Assembly (NCBI GenBank): GCA_965140445.1
Contig: OZ223236.1
Coordinates: forward strand, 1,024,001 to 1,088,000
Source of the DNA: Candidatus Ozemobacteraceae bacterium
GTDB taxonomy: Bacteria; Muiribacteriota; Ozemobacteria; Ozemobacterales; Ozemobacteraceae
Length of the DNA: 64,000 nucleotides
Reading direction: 5' to 3'
Under the pieces are notes generated by a model. It was not told the origin of the DNA. It did no database searches and worked only from the letters and a program-made list of their open reading frames with translations. Both the position numbers and the translations under genes were made by a program. This document shows positions 46,919-57,049 of the stretch, piece by piece; positions within the stretch are counted from its first letter, which is position 1; the number at the start of each line of letters is the position of its first letter.

Positions 46919-49192
46919 ATGGCTCTAACAATTAATCAGAATGTTCTTTCTGTTCAGACTTACGGAACGGTTGCTAAAACCTCTTCCAGACTTGAAAAAT
47001 CAATTGCCAAACTTAGTTCTGGCTTGAGAATTAATACTGCTGCGGATGATGCGGCTGGTTTAGCTATCAGTGAAAAAATGCGTCGTCAGATTCGCGGTTT
47101 GAATCGTGCGGTTTTGAATGCTCAAGATGGTGTTTCAATGATTCAAACAGCTGAGGGAGCTTTGAATGAATCTCAGAGTATTCTTCAGAGAATGCGCGAA
47201 CTTGCTGTGCAATCATCTAATGACACTCTTACAAGTAATGACCGACTTGAAATTCAGAAAGAGGTTAACCAGCTCCGTGATGATTTGAACAGAATTGCCA
47301 GTAATACTGAATTTAACACCAAAAAATTATTGGATGGCAGTCAGACTGCTCTATTAAGCTCCACATCAAATGCTGTTACAGGCATTATTCGTGGAACTTC
47401 CAGCGTGGCAGGGGGGGATTACGATGTTAGCATCGGCCTGGTAAGGGCTGGGGTTACCGAAAAGAAGCAGACCCAGATTTTTACCCTCAAAGACGGTTCT
47501 GGAGAACTTGCTGATGGCGGAACCCAGCTGCAGAGTATTGCTCAGTTTTATGATGCAAACGGCGTGTTTGTGCTTGATACTCCACAGTCTTTGCACCTTC
47601 ATGGAAACACTAGAGATGCAGAGGTTATTCTTGATGGTCAGATGACTTTGGATAACCTTTCGGCTGACTTGCAAAACGCACTAGTAAGTTCTTCTGGGCT
47701 AAATATTGATAACAGTAAGGTTGCAACAGTTAATACAATTCAGACTCAGCTGGCCGGAATTGGTGGGTATCTTGAAATTACTTCTGGTGCGGTAGGGGAT
47801 GATGGAACAATTTCGTTCTCCTCTGATCAGAGAGTCATGGATGCTTTGGGTATTGCAAATACCAGGGACGCCATCCAGGGACGAGTAGAATTAACAATTC
47901 GTGATAACTACGGGAATGTTAGAAATGTAAAAACTGAGACTAATGAAGCTTCTGGACTGCTTGATGGAATGGATTTGAAATTCCAGGCTCAAGCGGCGCA
48001 GATTGCAGGAACCAGAGGGTTGCAGGAAGGAATTAATGTTTCTGGAGCCGCGGCCAGGATTATTTTAAGCGCCGGCGGAACTTCAATCACGGTGAATGTT
48101 TCTCAGGGTGACTGGTCAATGGAAGGTCTTGCTAAATCTATGCAACTGCAGATTGATGCAACGGGCACAGGCGTACCAGGCTTGCTGGTTGGGGTAGTCG
48201 AAGGCGATCTCCGATTTAGCTATGAAAAACCTGCATCTGCTGCCTCAACAGTTCCTAACACAATAAATATTGTGTCGGTTAGATCCTCTATGTCGACTCT
48301 TGGATTCTTGCAAGGTAGCTATAGTGGATTTGTTGATGGGAAAAAAGACCAAACCCAATCGGTGTGGGGCTTTTCAAGCTACATTGATACTGCTGCAACC
48401 GCTATCGCTGCTGGGGAAGCAATTATTTACACTATTGGAGATGGGAACACAGCTGGTTCGACAATCGATATTACGGCATTCACTACAATAGGTAATGGTG
48501 GAATTGTTGCAGGTAGCGATTTGATAAGATTCACAACTTATCAGGCCAGCGTAAACAGAAGACTTGAAGTTGCAACTATTATGGCTAGAGTTGATCAAGT
48601 TGGATCAACACTAGCTTATACAACTACAAGGGTTGGTAACGAGCATAGAAGTAATAATGGCACTCTAACCAGTATGATTTCTCTTACTGTTGGTGCCACT
48701 AGCGCTACGGTTCAGAATACTGCTTTAAATATGTTTGGGCTATTCGCTGGAACAGTTAAAGGCGATGGCGATAAGAACTTCAGAATCCATGTTGTTGATA
48801 ACTCTCCTCAGTTCCAGATTGGAGCTGATCAGGGACAGGCAATGGGAATCAATATTGGTGACATGTCTGCGGAAGCTCTTGGCGTCGCAAACCTGGACCT
48901 TACAAATATTGATGGAGCCCAGTCTGCAATTAGTAAGCTTAATAAAGCTATTGATATGGTTTCCTCTGAAAGATCCAAATTGGGTGCATTCCAGAATCGC
49001 CTGGAATTCGCAATAAACAATCTGAGAAATACACATAGCAATCTGACTGCTTCTGAATCTCGAATTCGTGATGCAGATATTGCCATGGAAATGATCGAAT
49101 TCACCAGGAATCAGATCGTTCAACAGTCTGGTACAGCAATGCTGGCTCAGGCCAATGCTGTTCCCCAGGGCGTTCTACAGCTTCTGGGATAA
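46919..49192 (+). CDS. fliC: Flagellin, array copy 4 (start MALTINQ at 46919)
   Basis: Conserved termini; start reassigned using SD position and paralogue alignment. Confidence 0.97.
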   Translation: MALTINQNVLSVQTYGTVAKTSSRLEKSIAKLSSGLRINTAADDAAGLAISEKMRRQIRGLNRAVLNAQDGVSMIQTAEGALNESQSILQRMRELAVQSSNDTLTSNDRLEIQKEVNQLRDDLNRIASNTEFNTKKLLDGSQTALLSSTSNAVTGIIRGTSSVAGGDYDVSIGLVRAGVTEKKQTQIFTLKDGSGELADGGTQLQSIAQFYDANGVFVLDTPQSLHLHGNTRDAEVILDGQMTLDNLSADLQNALVSSSGLNIDNSKVATVNTIQTQLAGIGGYLEITSGAVGDDGTISFSSDQRVMDALGIANTRDAIQGRVELTIRDNYGNVRNVKTETNEASGLLDGMDLKFQAQAAQIAGTRGLQEGINVSGAAARIILSAGGTSITVNVSQGDWSMEGLAKSMQLQIDATGTGVPGLLVGVVEGDLRFSYEKPASAASTVPNTINIVSVRSSMSTLGFLQGSYSGFVDGKKDQTQSVWGFSSYIDTAATAIAAGEAIIYTIGDGNTAGSTIDITAFTTIGNGGIVAGSDLIRFTTYQASVNRRLEVATIMARVDQVGSTLAYTTTRVGNEHRSNNGTLTSMISLTVGATSATVQNTALNMFGLFAGTVKGDGDKNFRIHVVDNSPQFQIGADQGQAMGINIGDMSAEALGVANLDLTNIDGAQSAISKLNKAIDMVSSERSKLGAFQNRLEFAINNLRNTHSNLTASESRIRDADIAMEMIEFTRNQIVQQSGTAMLAQANAVPQGVLQLLG

Positions 49193-49301
49193 TAAAACAT
49201 CTTAAAAGCGCCCCTCCCCTTGATGGGGGAGGGCGTGGAACGCAAAGGAGGTCAGCTGAAGGAAACTAAATTGAGTAGAAACTGCTTTTAACTTAATCCA
49301 G

Positions 49302-49341
49302 GTATGCATGGAAGCATACGAAGAAGATTCATGGAGGAATC
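49302..49341 (+). promoter_or_regulatory. Two-site CsrA-type leader
   Basis: GTATGC-ATGGAA-GCATAC and GATTC-ATGGAG-GAATC. Confidence 0.85.
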
Positions 49342-49344
49342 ATT

Positions 49345-51615
49345 ATGTCATTAAGTATTAATCAAAACGTATTATCAGTAAGTACCTACGGAACTCTTGC
49401 TAAAACTTCTTCTCGTCTTGAGAAATCAATTCAGAAACTTAGTTCTGGAATGAGAATCAACTCTGCGGCTGACGATGCCGCTGGACTGGCCATCAGTGAG
49501 AAAATGAGAAGGCAGATCAGAGGGTTGAATCGTGCAACTTTGAATGCCCAGGACGGCATTTCCATGATTCAAACTGCAGAAGGTGCATTGAATGAAACTC
49601 ACAGTATTCTTCAGAGAATGCGTGAGCTTGCAACTCAGTCTTCAAATGACACACTAACAAGTAATGACAGGCTGGAAATTCAAAAAGAAGTCAATCAACT
49701 TCGTGACGAGATAAACAGAATATCTACCAGTACAGAATTCAATACTAAACGTCTTCTGGATGGAAGTCAGACAGCCCTGATTAGTGCAAGCTCTGACTCT
49801 GTTAAAGGTGTTGTTGCTGGGGCTATATCAGGAACTGCCTCTGACTATGATGTGAGTATTGCTTTGCTTGCTGGTGGGGTTAGCGAAATGCAGCGAACCC
49901 AGATATTTACCTTGAATGATGGCGCTGGAACGCTTGCTGACGGTGGAACTCAGTTGCAGAGCATTGCGCAGTTTTATGACGCAAACGGTGTGTTTGTTCT
50001 TGATACACCTCAGACTTTAAATGTTCATGGAAATACGAAAGACACGACAATAGTGTTAGACGGTCAGATGACTTTGGATAACCTTGCTGCAGATCTTCAG
50101 AATGCCTTTGTAAGTAATTCTGGTCTTTCGATAGATAGTTCAAGAACTGGAGTTGTAAATACTGTACAAAGCAAAATCGCTGGTGTTGGTGGTTACATTG
50201 AGATGGTTTCTGGATTTGTTGGAGACCAGGGAAGTATTAACTTTGCTTCTGATCAGAGAGTTATGGACGCCCTTGGAATTTCTACCCAGCGTGAAGCGGT
50301 TAACAGCCAGGTTGAAGTTGTTGCTAGAGATGGATTTGGAAACAGCCGAACCGTTAGAACAGAAGGTCAGACTGCATTGGGACTGCTTAACGGTATCGAT
50401 GTGAAGTTTGACTCTCAATCTGCTCAGATTGCAGGAACTAAAGGCTTGGAAGAAGGAATCAAATTCACTTCAGATCAGACTTTCAAGATTTCAGTAGGTG
50501 GCGCAACTTTAAGTGTGGCTATTAGCGCTGATACTACGAATGGCTGGACAATGGAAGGAATTGCTCGTGCTATCAATGCAGAAGTTGACAACCAGATTGG
50601 TGCTGAGCCTGGATTAACAGGATTTGACGCCAGCGTTGTGGATGGTGAGATTCGATTGTCTTACCAGAAGCCTGCTTCTGCAGCTGTTGGTATTGGGAAC
50701 AGCATAAAAATAATCAGTGCAACGACCAGTGCAGCTTCAATCGGATTTATTGACGGTTCATACAGTGGATTTGTTGATGGAGATAAGAATCAAAATGAAG
50801 TTGTTTGGGGCTTCAGTCGCTATATAAACACTGCATCCTATGGCTTTGGTGATGCTCTTGCGGTCACAATGGACATTTCCGATGGAATTGGAACAGAGAC
50901 TATCACTGTGTTTAGTTCTCTAGGGGTTGCCAGGTCTACGGTTTCAGATATGATTCTTTTCACTAACTTTCAGGCTGATGTAAATAGGCTTCTTGATGCA
51001 GCAACTGTTGCAATCAGGGTTGATCAGGTTGGCGGTTCTATGGCTTTCACATCATTGAAAGTTGGAACTGAGAACATGGATAATGCCAAAAACATTACCA
51101 GTATGGTTACTTTGACTTCCTTTACTAACAACACGTCATCAATGTTTGCAGATCGTTTTGGATTGTCTGCCGGAACATCAAAGGGAAGTGGAGATACTAA
51201 CTTCAAGATGCATGTGGTTGATCGCCAGGCTCAGTTCCAGATTGGTGCTGATCAGGGACAAACCATGAAGGTTAACATTGCTAATATGGGCGCTGAAGCT
51301 CTTGGAGTAGACAATCTTGATCTGACAAGTATTTCTGGCGCAAATGATGCGATGGGTAAGCTAAACAAAGCAATTGATTCAGTTTCAAGCGAACGATCTA
51401 AACTTGGTGCCTATCAGAACAGGCTTGAGTATGCAATCAATAACCTTAGAAATACCCATAGTAATCTGACTGCTTCTGAATCCAGAATCAGAGATGCTGA
51501 TATTGCAATGGAAATGATTGAATTCACCAGAAATCAGATTGTTCAGCAGTCTGGTACTGCAATGCTGGCTCAAGCAAATATGGTTCCACAAGGTGTGTTA
51601 CAGCTATTAGGCTAA
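49345..51615 (+). CDS. fliC: Flagellin, array copy 5 (756 aa)
   Basis: Conserved termini; protein very similar to copy 6. Confidence 0.97.
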   Translation: MSLSINQNVLSVSTYGTLAKTSSRLEKSIQKLSSGMRINSAADDAAGLAISEKMRRQIRGLNRATLNAQDGISMIQTAEGALNETHSILQRMRELATQSSNDTLTSNDRLEIQKEVNQLRDEINRISTSTEFNTKRLLDGSQTALISASSDSVKGVVAGAISGTASDYDVSIALLAGGVSEMQRTQIFTLNDGAGTLADGGTQLQSIAQFYDANGVFVLDTPQTLNVHGNTKDTTIVLDGQMTLDNLAADLQNAFVSNSGLSIDSSRTGVVNTVQSKIAGVGGYIEMVSGFVGDQGSINFASDQRVMDALGISTQREAVNSQVEVVARDGFGNSRTVRTEGQTALGLLNGIDVKFDSQSAQIAGTKGLEEGIKFTSDQTFKISVGGATLSVAISADTTNGWTMEGIARAINAEVDNQIGAEPGLTGFDASVVDGEIRLSYQKPASAAVGIGNSIKIISATTSAASIGFIDGSYSGFVDGDKNQNEVVWGFSRYINTASYGFGDALAVTMDISDGIGTETITVFSSLGVARSTVSDMILFTNFQADVNRLLDAATVAIRVDQVGGSMAFTSLKVGTENMDNAKNITSMVTLTSFTNNTSSMFADRFGLSAGTSKGSGDTNFKMHVVDRQAQFQIGADQGQTMKVNIANMGAEALGVDNLDLTSISGANDAMGKLNKAIDSVSSERSKLGAYQNRLEYAINNLRNTHSNLTASESRIRDADIAMEMIEFTRNQIVQQSGTAMLAQANMVPQGVLQLLG

Positions 51616-51724
51616 TAGAAAACTTCCCTGGGCAAACTTGTATGTCTGCCCGGGGATGTTTCTCATAAATAATTGTGAGAGGCAATCTATTTTGAAGGAA
51701 GAAAGGAGGGTTATCTTATCTATC

Positions 51725-51770
51725 AACGCATGGAAGCGTTAAAAATAACTTTAAGATTCATGGAGGAATC
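51725..51770 (+). promoter_or_regulatory. Two-site CsrA-type leader
   Basis: AACGC-ATGGAA-GCGTT and GATTC-ATGGAG-GAATC. Confidence 0.85.
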
Positions 51771-51773
51771 GAG

Positions 51774-54044
51774 ATGGCTTTAAGAATTAATCAAAACGCG
51801 CTGTCAGTTAGTACATACGGCACGCTTGCAAAAACATCTTCAAGGCTTGAGAAGTCAATTCAAAAGCTTAGTTCTGGATTAAGAATTAATACCGCTGCGG
51901 ATGATGCAGCTGGATTGGCAATCAGTGAAAAGATGCGTCGCCAGATTAGAGGGTTGAATCGTGCTGTTTTAAATGCCCAGGATGGCATTTCAATGATTCA
52001 AACCGCTGAAGGCGCTTTGAATGAGACTCACAGCATTCTGCAAAGAATGAGAGAACTGGCAACTCAGTCATCTAATGACACACTGACTAGTAACGATAGA
52101 CTAGAGATTCAAAAAGAAGTAAACCAGCTTCGAGATGAGATAAATCGAATTTCGACAAGCACCGAATTCAATACCAAGAGATTGTTGGATGGAAGTCAGA
52201 CTGCGCTGATTAGTGCCAGCTCTGATTCAGTAAAAGGTATTGTTGCGGGTGCTATTTCTGGAACTGCCTCTGATTATGATGTAAGTATTGCACTACTTGC
52301 TGGTGGGGTTAGCGAAATGAAGCGAACCCAGATTTTCACCTTGAATGATGGTGCAGGAACTCTTGCTGATGGTGGAACTCAGTTGCAGAGCATTGCCCAG
52401 TTCTACGATGCTAACGGCGTGTTTGTTCTTGATACACCCCAGACCTTAACAGTGCATGGAAATACTAAAGACACGACGGTCGTATTAGACGGTCAGATGA
52501 CCCTGGATAACCTTGCTGCAGATCTTCAAAATGCTTTTGTAAGTAATTCTGGTCTTTCCATAGATAGTTCAAGAACTGGAGTTGTAAACACCGTACAGAG
52601 CAAAATTGCTGGGGTTGGCGGATACATTGAGATGGTTTCCGGATTTGTTGGAGACCAGGGAAGCATTACCTTCGCTTCTGATCAGAGAGTTATGGATGCT
52701 CTTGGAATTTCTACTCAACGCGAAGCTGTTAACAGCCAGGTTGAAGTCGTTGCGAGAGACGGATTTGGAAACAGCCGAACTGTTAGAACAGAAGGCCAGA
52801 CTGCTCTAGGTCTACTTAACGGAATCGATGTGAAATTTGACTCTCAATCCGCCCAAATTGCAGGCACAAAAGGTTTGGAAGAAGGAATTAAATTCACTTC
52901 AGATCAGACTTTCAAGATTTCAGTAGGTGGCGCAACTTTAAGTGTCGCTATTAGTGCTGATACTACGAACGGCTGGACAATGGAAGGAATTGCTCGCGCT
53001 ATCAATGCGGAAGTTGACAACCAGATTGGTGCTGAGCCTGGTTTGACAGGTTTTGACGCTAGCGTTGTGGATGGCGAGATTAGATTGTCTTACCAAAAAC
53101 CTGCTTCAGCTGGAGTGAGCATTGGTAATACAATTAAAATAATCAGCGCAACGACCAGTGCGGCTTCAATCGGATTTATTGACGGTTCCTATAGTGGCTT
53201 TGTTGATGGTGATAAAAATCAAAACGAAGTGGTGTGGGGATTCAGTCGTTTCATTAATACCGGCTCGTATGGCTTTGGCGATGGTATTGCTGTAACTATG
53301 GATATCTCTGATGGGCTTGGCACAGAAACCATTACTGTGTTCAGTTCCCTTGGTATAGCTAGATCTACTGTTTCTGATATGATTCTTTTCACTAACTTTC
53401 AGGCAGATGTAAACAGACTGCTTGATGCCGCTACAGTTGCTATTAGAGTAGACCAGGTTGGTGGTTCACTGGCTTTCACTTCGTTGAAGGTTGGAACTGA
53501 AAATATGGATAATGCCGCAAATGTTACAAGTCTGGTTACTTTAACTGCTTTTACAAATCTTACAGATTCAATGTTTGCCGATAGGTTTGGTTTGTCAGCG
53601 GGCACATCAAAAGGTAGTGGTGATACCAACTTCAAAATGCATGTAGTTGATCGACAGGCTCAATTTCAGATTGGTGCAGATCAGGGACAGACGATGAAGG
53701 TTAATATTGCGAATATGAGCGCTGAAGCTCTTGGCGTTGATAATCTTGATCTAACAAATATTACCGGAGCTAATGAAGCTATGGGGCGCTTGAATAAAGC
53801 TATAGATCTTGTTTCTTCAGAGAGATCGAAGCTTGGCGCTTACCAGAACCGTCTTGAATACTCAATCAATAACCTGCGCAATACTCACAGTAACTTAACT
53901 GCTTCTGAGTCCAGAATTCGTGATGCAGATATTGCCATGGAAATGATTGAATTCACTAGAAATCAAATAGTTCAGCAGTCTGGAACAGCTATGCTGTCAC
54001 AGGCAAATCTGATTCCTCAGAGCGTGCTACAACTCTTGGGATAG
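51774..54044 (+). CDS. fliC: Flagellin, array copy 6 (756 aa)
   Basis: Conserved termini; intact ORF. Confidence 0.97.
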   Translation: MALRINQNALSVSTYGTLAKTSSRLEKSIQKLSSGLRINTAADDAAGLAISEKMRRQIRGLNRAVLNAQDGISMIQTAEGALNETHSILQRMRELATQSSNDTLTSNDRLEIQKEVNQLRDEINRISTSTEFNTKRLLDGSQTALISASSDSVKGIVAGAISGTASDYDVSIALLAGGVSEMKRTQIFTLNDGAGTLADGGTQLQSIAQFYDANGVFVLDTPQTLTVHGNTKDTTVVLDGQMTLDNLAADLQNAFVSNSGLSIDSSRTGVVNTVQSKIAGVGGYIEMVSGFVGDQGSITFASDQRVMDALGISTQREAVNSQVEVVARDGFGNSRTVRTEGQTALGLLNGIDVKFDSQSAQIAGTKGLEEGIKFTSDQTFKISVGGATLSVAISADTTNGWTMEGIARAINAEVDNQIGAEPGLTGFDASVVDGEIRLSYQKPASAGVSIGNTIKIISATTSAASIGFIDGSYSGFVDGDKNQNEVVWGFSRFINTGSYGFGDGIAVTMDISDGLGTETITVFSSLGIARSTVSDMILFTNFQADVNRLLDAATVAIRVDQVGGSLAFTSLKVGTENMDNAANVTSLVTLTAFTNLTDSMFADRFGLSAGTSKGSGDTNFKMHVVDRQAQFQIGADQGQTMKVNIANMSAEALGVDNLDLTNITGANEAMGRLNKAIDLVSSERSKLGAYQNRLEYSINNLRNTHSNLTASESRIRDADIAMEMIEFTRNQIVQQSGTAMLSQANLIPQSVLQLLG

Positions 54045-54053
54045 TAAAAAAAT

Positions 54054-54099
54054 AACCTCACTGTAAGGCGAGCCTGTTATGGCTCGCCTTACAGAGGTT
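54054..54099 (+). terminator. Strong stem-loop (terminator or 3' stabiliser)
   Basis: AACCTCA-CTGTAAGGCGAGCC-TGTTAT-GGCTCGCCTTACAG-AGGTT followed by TATTT. Confidence 0.7.
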
Positions 54100-54163
54100 T
54101 ATTTCTCAGGTAATTTTGTTCCTGGGATAATCAAGCTGAAAAGCCAGAATTTAGGAAATGTTA

Positions 54164-54469
54164 GACAACTGAATCGTTCTTAGTGCAACGAATTCTCGCT
54201 GAATTCTTTGCCAGCGCCTGCTTATGGTTGTTTGTTCAACCAGTTTCAGGTGTTGTATTCGACAACTGAATCGTTCTTAGTGCAACGAATTCTCACTGAA
54301 TTCTTTGCCAGCGCCTGATTGTGATTGCTTGTTCAACCAGCTTCAGGTGCTGTATTCGACAACTGAATCGTTCTTAGTGCAACGAATTCTCGCTGAATTC
54401 TTTGCCGGAGCCTGCTTATGGTTGTTTGTTCGACCAGCTTCAGGTGCTGTATTCGACAACTGAATCGTT
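54164..54469. repeat. Intergenic tandem repeat, 97-bp unit, three full copies plus a 15-bp partial copy
   Basis: Units begin GACAACTGAATCGTT at 54164, 54261, 54358 and 54455, with only scattered substitutions. Confidence 0.97.
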
Positions 54470-54540
54470 AACTTGGAAAGCTTGAATTTCCAGGTTTTAT
54501 TGCTGGATTTAGCTTTTTGCAAAGGAGGTTTATTTAAGGC

Positions 54541-54616
54541 GAAACGCAGGGAAGCGTTTCAAATAGCTTAGGATTCGCATGCGCTGGGCATGCCAATTGA
54601 TTCATGGAGGAATCAA
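54541..54616 (+). promoter_or_regulatory. Two-site CsrA-type leader
   Basis: GAAACGC-AGGGAA-GCGTTTC and TTGATTC-ATGGAG-GAATCAA. Confidence 0.85.
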
Positions 54617-54617
54617 T

Positions 54618-56879
54618 ATGTCTTTACGTATTAATCAAAATGTTCTGTCTGTACAAACATACGGAAGTATTTCAAAAACTTCCTCTCGGCTTGAGAAGTC
54701 AATTCAAAAGCTGAGTTCGGGTTTGCGCATAAATACAGCTGCGGATGATGCAGCTGGCTTGTCAATTAGCGAAAAAATGCGTAGACAGATAAGAGGTCTG
54801 GATCGAGCTGTGTTAAATGCTCAAGATGGCATTTCAATGGTTCAGACTGCTGAAGGGGCTCTAAATGAGACTCACAGCATTCTTCAGAGAATGCGTGAGC
54901 TTGCTACTCAATCAGCAAACGATACCCTGACAAGCAATGATCGCCTCGAAATTCAAAAAGAGGTTAATCAGCTACGCGATGAAATAAATCGCATATCAAC
55001 CAGTACCGAATTCAACACCAAGCGTCTGCTTGATGGAAGTCAAACAGCTCTGATAAGTGCTAGTTCAGACTCTGTGCTTGGGGTTGTTACTGGTGGAATT
55101 AAAGGGTTGAGCTCTGATTATGATGTTAGTATGGCCGTATTATCAGGTGGAGTTAGCCAATTATCACGTTCTCAGATTTTTACTCTAAATGATGGTTCAG
55201 GCAAACTCGCTGACGGTGGAACCCAACTCCAAAGTATTGCACAGTTCTATGACGCAAATGGCGTTTTTATTCTAGATACTCCGCAAACAATTAACCTTCA
55301 TGGAAATGGAAATGATGCCAAGGTTGTTTTAGATGGTCAAATGACTCTGGATAATCTGGCTGCGGATCTTCAGAATTCCCTGGTTAGTAATTCGGGGCTA
55401 TCTATTGATAGTTCCAGGAGCGCCGTAGTTAACACTTTGCAAACAAAAATCGCTGGAATGGGTGGATACATAGAGCTTGTTTCAGGGTTTGTTGGAGATC
55501 AGGGTGCATTCTCTTTTGCTTCTGATCAAAAAGTTATTGATGCTCTTGGATTATCAGTGCAAAGAGAAGCTGTAAATAGTCAGGTTGAAGTCTATGCCAA
55601 AGACGCTTTTGGTAACTCAAAAACAGTTAGAACTGATGGTTCAACGGCAACTGGACTGTTGAATGGGGTTGATTTAGCCTTTAACTCTCAATCGGCTCAG
55701 GTTGCAGGTACTAAAGGCCTGGAGCTTGGATTGGCGCTTACAGGCAATTTAACTTTCTCTGTTTCTGTTGCGGATAGCAATTTTGCTGCAGTTGTTCTTG
55801 GAGCAGGTGGGCAAAACTGGACAATGGGAGGCATTGCAAGGTCAATAAATCAGCAGATTGAGGGTGCTCTTGGCGGTAGTCCAGGTTTAAAAGGATTATC
55901 TGCTTCTGTGGTTGACGGCGAAATTCGATTGACATATGAAAAGCCTGCTTCAGCATCAGCTACTGTTGGAAACACTATTAAAATAGTAAATGCCACAACA
56001 AATGCAGCCCCAATCGGACTTGTTGATGGTACCTATAGTGGATTTGTTGATGGAAAGAAGAATCTTGATCAGGCAAAATGGGGGTTCAGCAATTTCATTT
56101 CAACTATCACTTATGGAATTGATGACCTTACTGTAGTTCATATCTCTGTCTCAGATGGAATAAATAGCACTGAAATTGATTTTCTAACTTCCAATGCAAC
56201 TGCATTTGCAACTTCGCCGGATATGGTTGTGTTTACTGAATTTCAGGCAATTGCCAATAAGGCTTTGGAAAATGCCAGCGTAGCCGTGAGGGTTGACCAG
56301 GTTGGCGGAGCAATGGCGTTTACCTCATTAAGAGTTGGATCAGAAAACACTAATACTGCAACCATCACGAGTATGGTCGCTATAGTATTTTCTGGTACAA
56401 ATACTCTGTTTGGAGACCGTTTTGGCTTGTCTGAAGGCACTTCTAAGGGTAGTGGCGATACAAATTTCAAGCTACATATTGTGGATCGCCAATCCCAGTT
56501 CCAGATTGGTGCTGATCAGGGCCAGACAATGAGTATTAATATTGCCAATATGGGTGCAAAAGCTCTGGGGGTTGAGAACCTTGACTTGACAAGTGTTGAT
56601 GGCGCTAATGAGGCGATGGGAAAACTCAATAATGCTATCGATCGAGTTTCATCGGAGCGATCCAAGCTTGGTTCTTATAATAACAGGCTTGAATACTCAA
56701 TAAATAATCTAAGAAACACTTATAGCAATCTAACAGCTTCAGAATCAAGAATTCGCGATGCAGATATTGCCATGGAAATGATTGAATTCACGCGTAATCA
56801 GATTGTGCAGCAATCTGGAACAGCAATGTTGGCTCAGGCTAACTCTCTTCCACAAGGAGTTCTGCAGCTTTTGAAGTGA
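54618..56879 (+). CDS. fliC: Flagellin, array copy 7 (start MSLRINQ at 54618)
   Basis: Conserved termini; start reassigned using the SD. Confidence 0.97.
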   Translation: MSLRINQNVLSVQTYGSISKTSSRLEKSIQKLSSGLRINTAADDAAGLSISEKMRRQIRGLDRAVLNAQDGISMVQTAEGALNETHSILQRMRELATQSANDTLTSNDRLEIQKEVNQLRDEINRISTSTEFNTKRLLDGSQTALISASSDSVLGVVTGGIKGLSSDYDVSMAVLSGGVSQLSRSQIFTLNDGSGKLADGGTQLQSIAQFYDANGVFILDTPQTINLHGNGNDAKVVLDGQMTLDNLAADLQNSLVSNSGLSIDSSRSAVVNTLQTKIAGMGGYIELVSGFVGDQGAFSFASDQKVIDALGLSVQREAVNSQVEVYAKDAFGNSKTVRTDGSTATGLLNGVDLAFNSQSAQVAGTKGLELGLALTGNLTFSVSVADSNFAAVVLGAGGQNWTMGGIARSINQQIEGALGGSPGLKGLSASVVDGEIRLTYEKPASASATVGNTIKIVNATTNAAPIGLVDGTYSGFVDGKKNLDQAKWGFSNFISTITYGIDDLTVVHISVSDGINSTEIDFLTSNATAFATSPDMVVFTEFQAIANKALENASVAVRVDQVGGAMAFTSLRVGSENTNTATITSMVAIVFSGTNTLFGDRFGLSEGTSKGSGDTNFKLHIVDRQSQFQIGADQGQTMSINIANMGAKALGVENLDLTSVDGANEAMGKLNNAIDRVSSERSKLGSYNNRLEYSINNLRNTYSNLTASESRIRDADIAMEMIEFTRNQIVQQSGTAMLAQANSLPQGVLQLLK

Positions 56880-57001
56880 TTTGTATGAAAACTTTATGTA
56901 AAAAAAGCAAATTCTCTTTCTCTGAAACAGGTTTCAGAGAAAGAGCTCTTGCGCGAAAAGTCTTTGAGGAGGTGATGTGGATCTTTTGAGAGCAGGTTAA
57001 C

Positions 57002-57047
57002 CACCCAGGGATGGGTGAAAAAAAGAATTGATTCATGGAGGAATCGA
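57002..57047 (+). promoter_or_regulatory. Two-site CsrA-type leader
   Basis: CACCC-AGGGAT-GGGTG and TTGATTC-ATGGAG-GAATCGA. Confidence 0.85.
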
Positions 57048-57049
57048 AA

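Noticed and set aside
49200..49300. c-di-GMP-I riboswitch suggested by GAACGCAAAG (and GGCAAAC at about 51631)
   Set aside because: No GNRA-capped P2 or tetraloop-receptor P3 architecture; both are explained by simple hairpins and SD-like sequence.
54164..54469. CRISPR array
   Set aside because: The whole 97-bp unit is repeated with no unique spacers, and no cas genes are present in the window.
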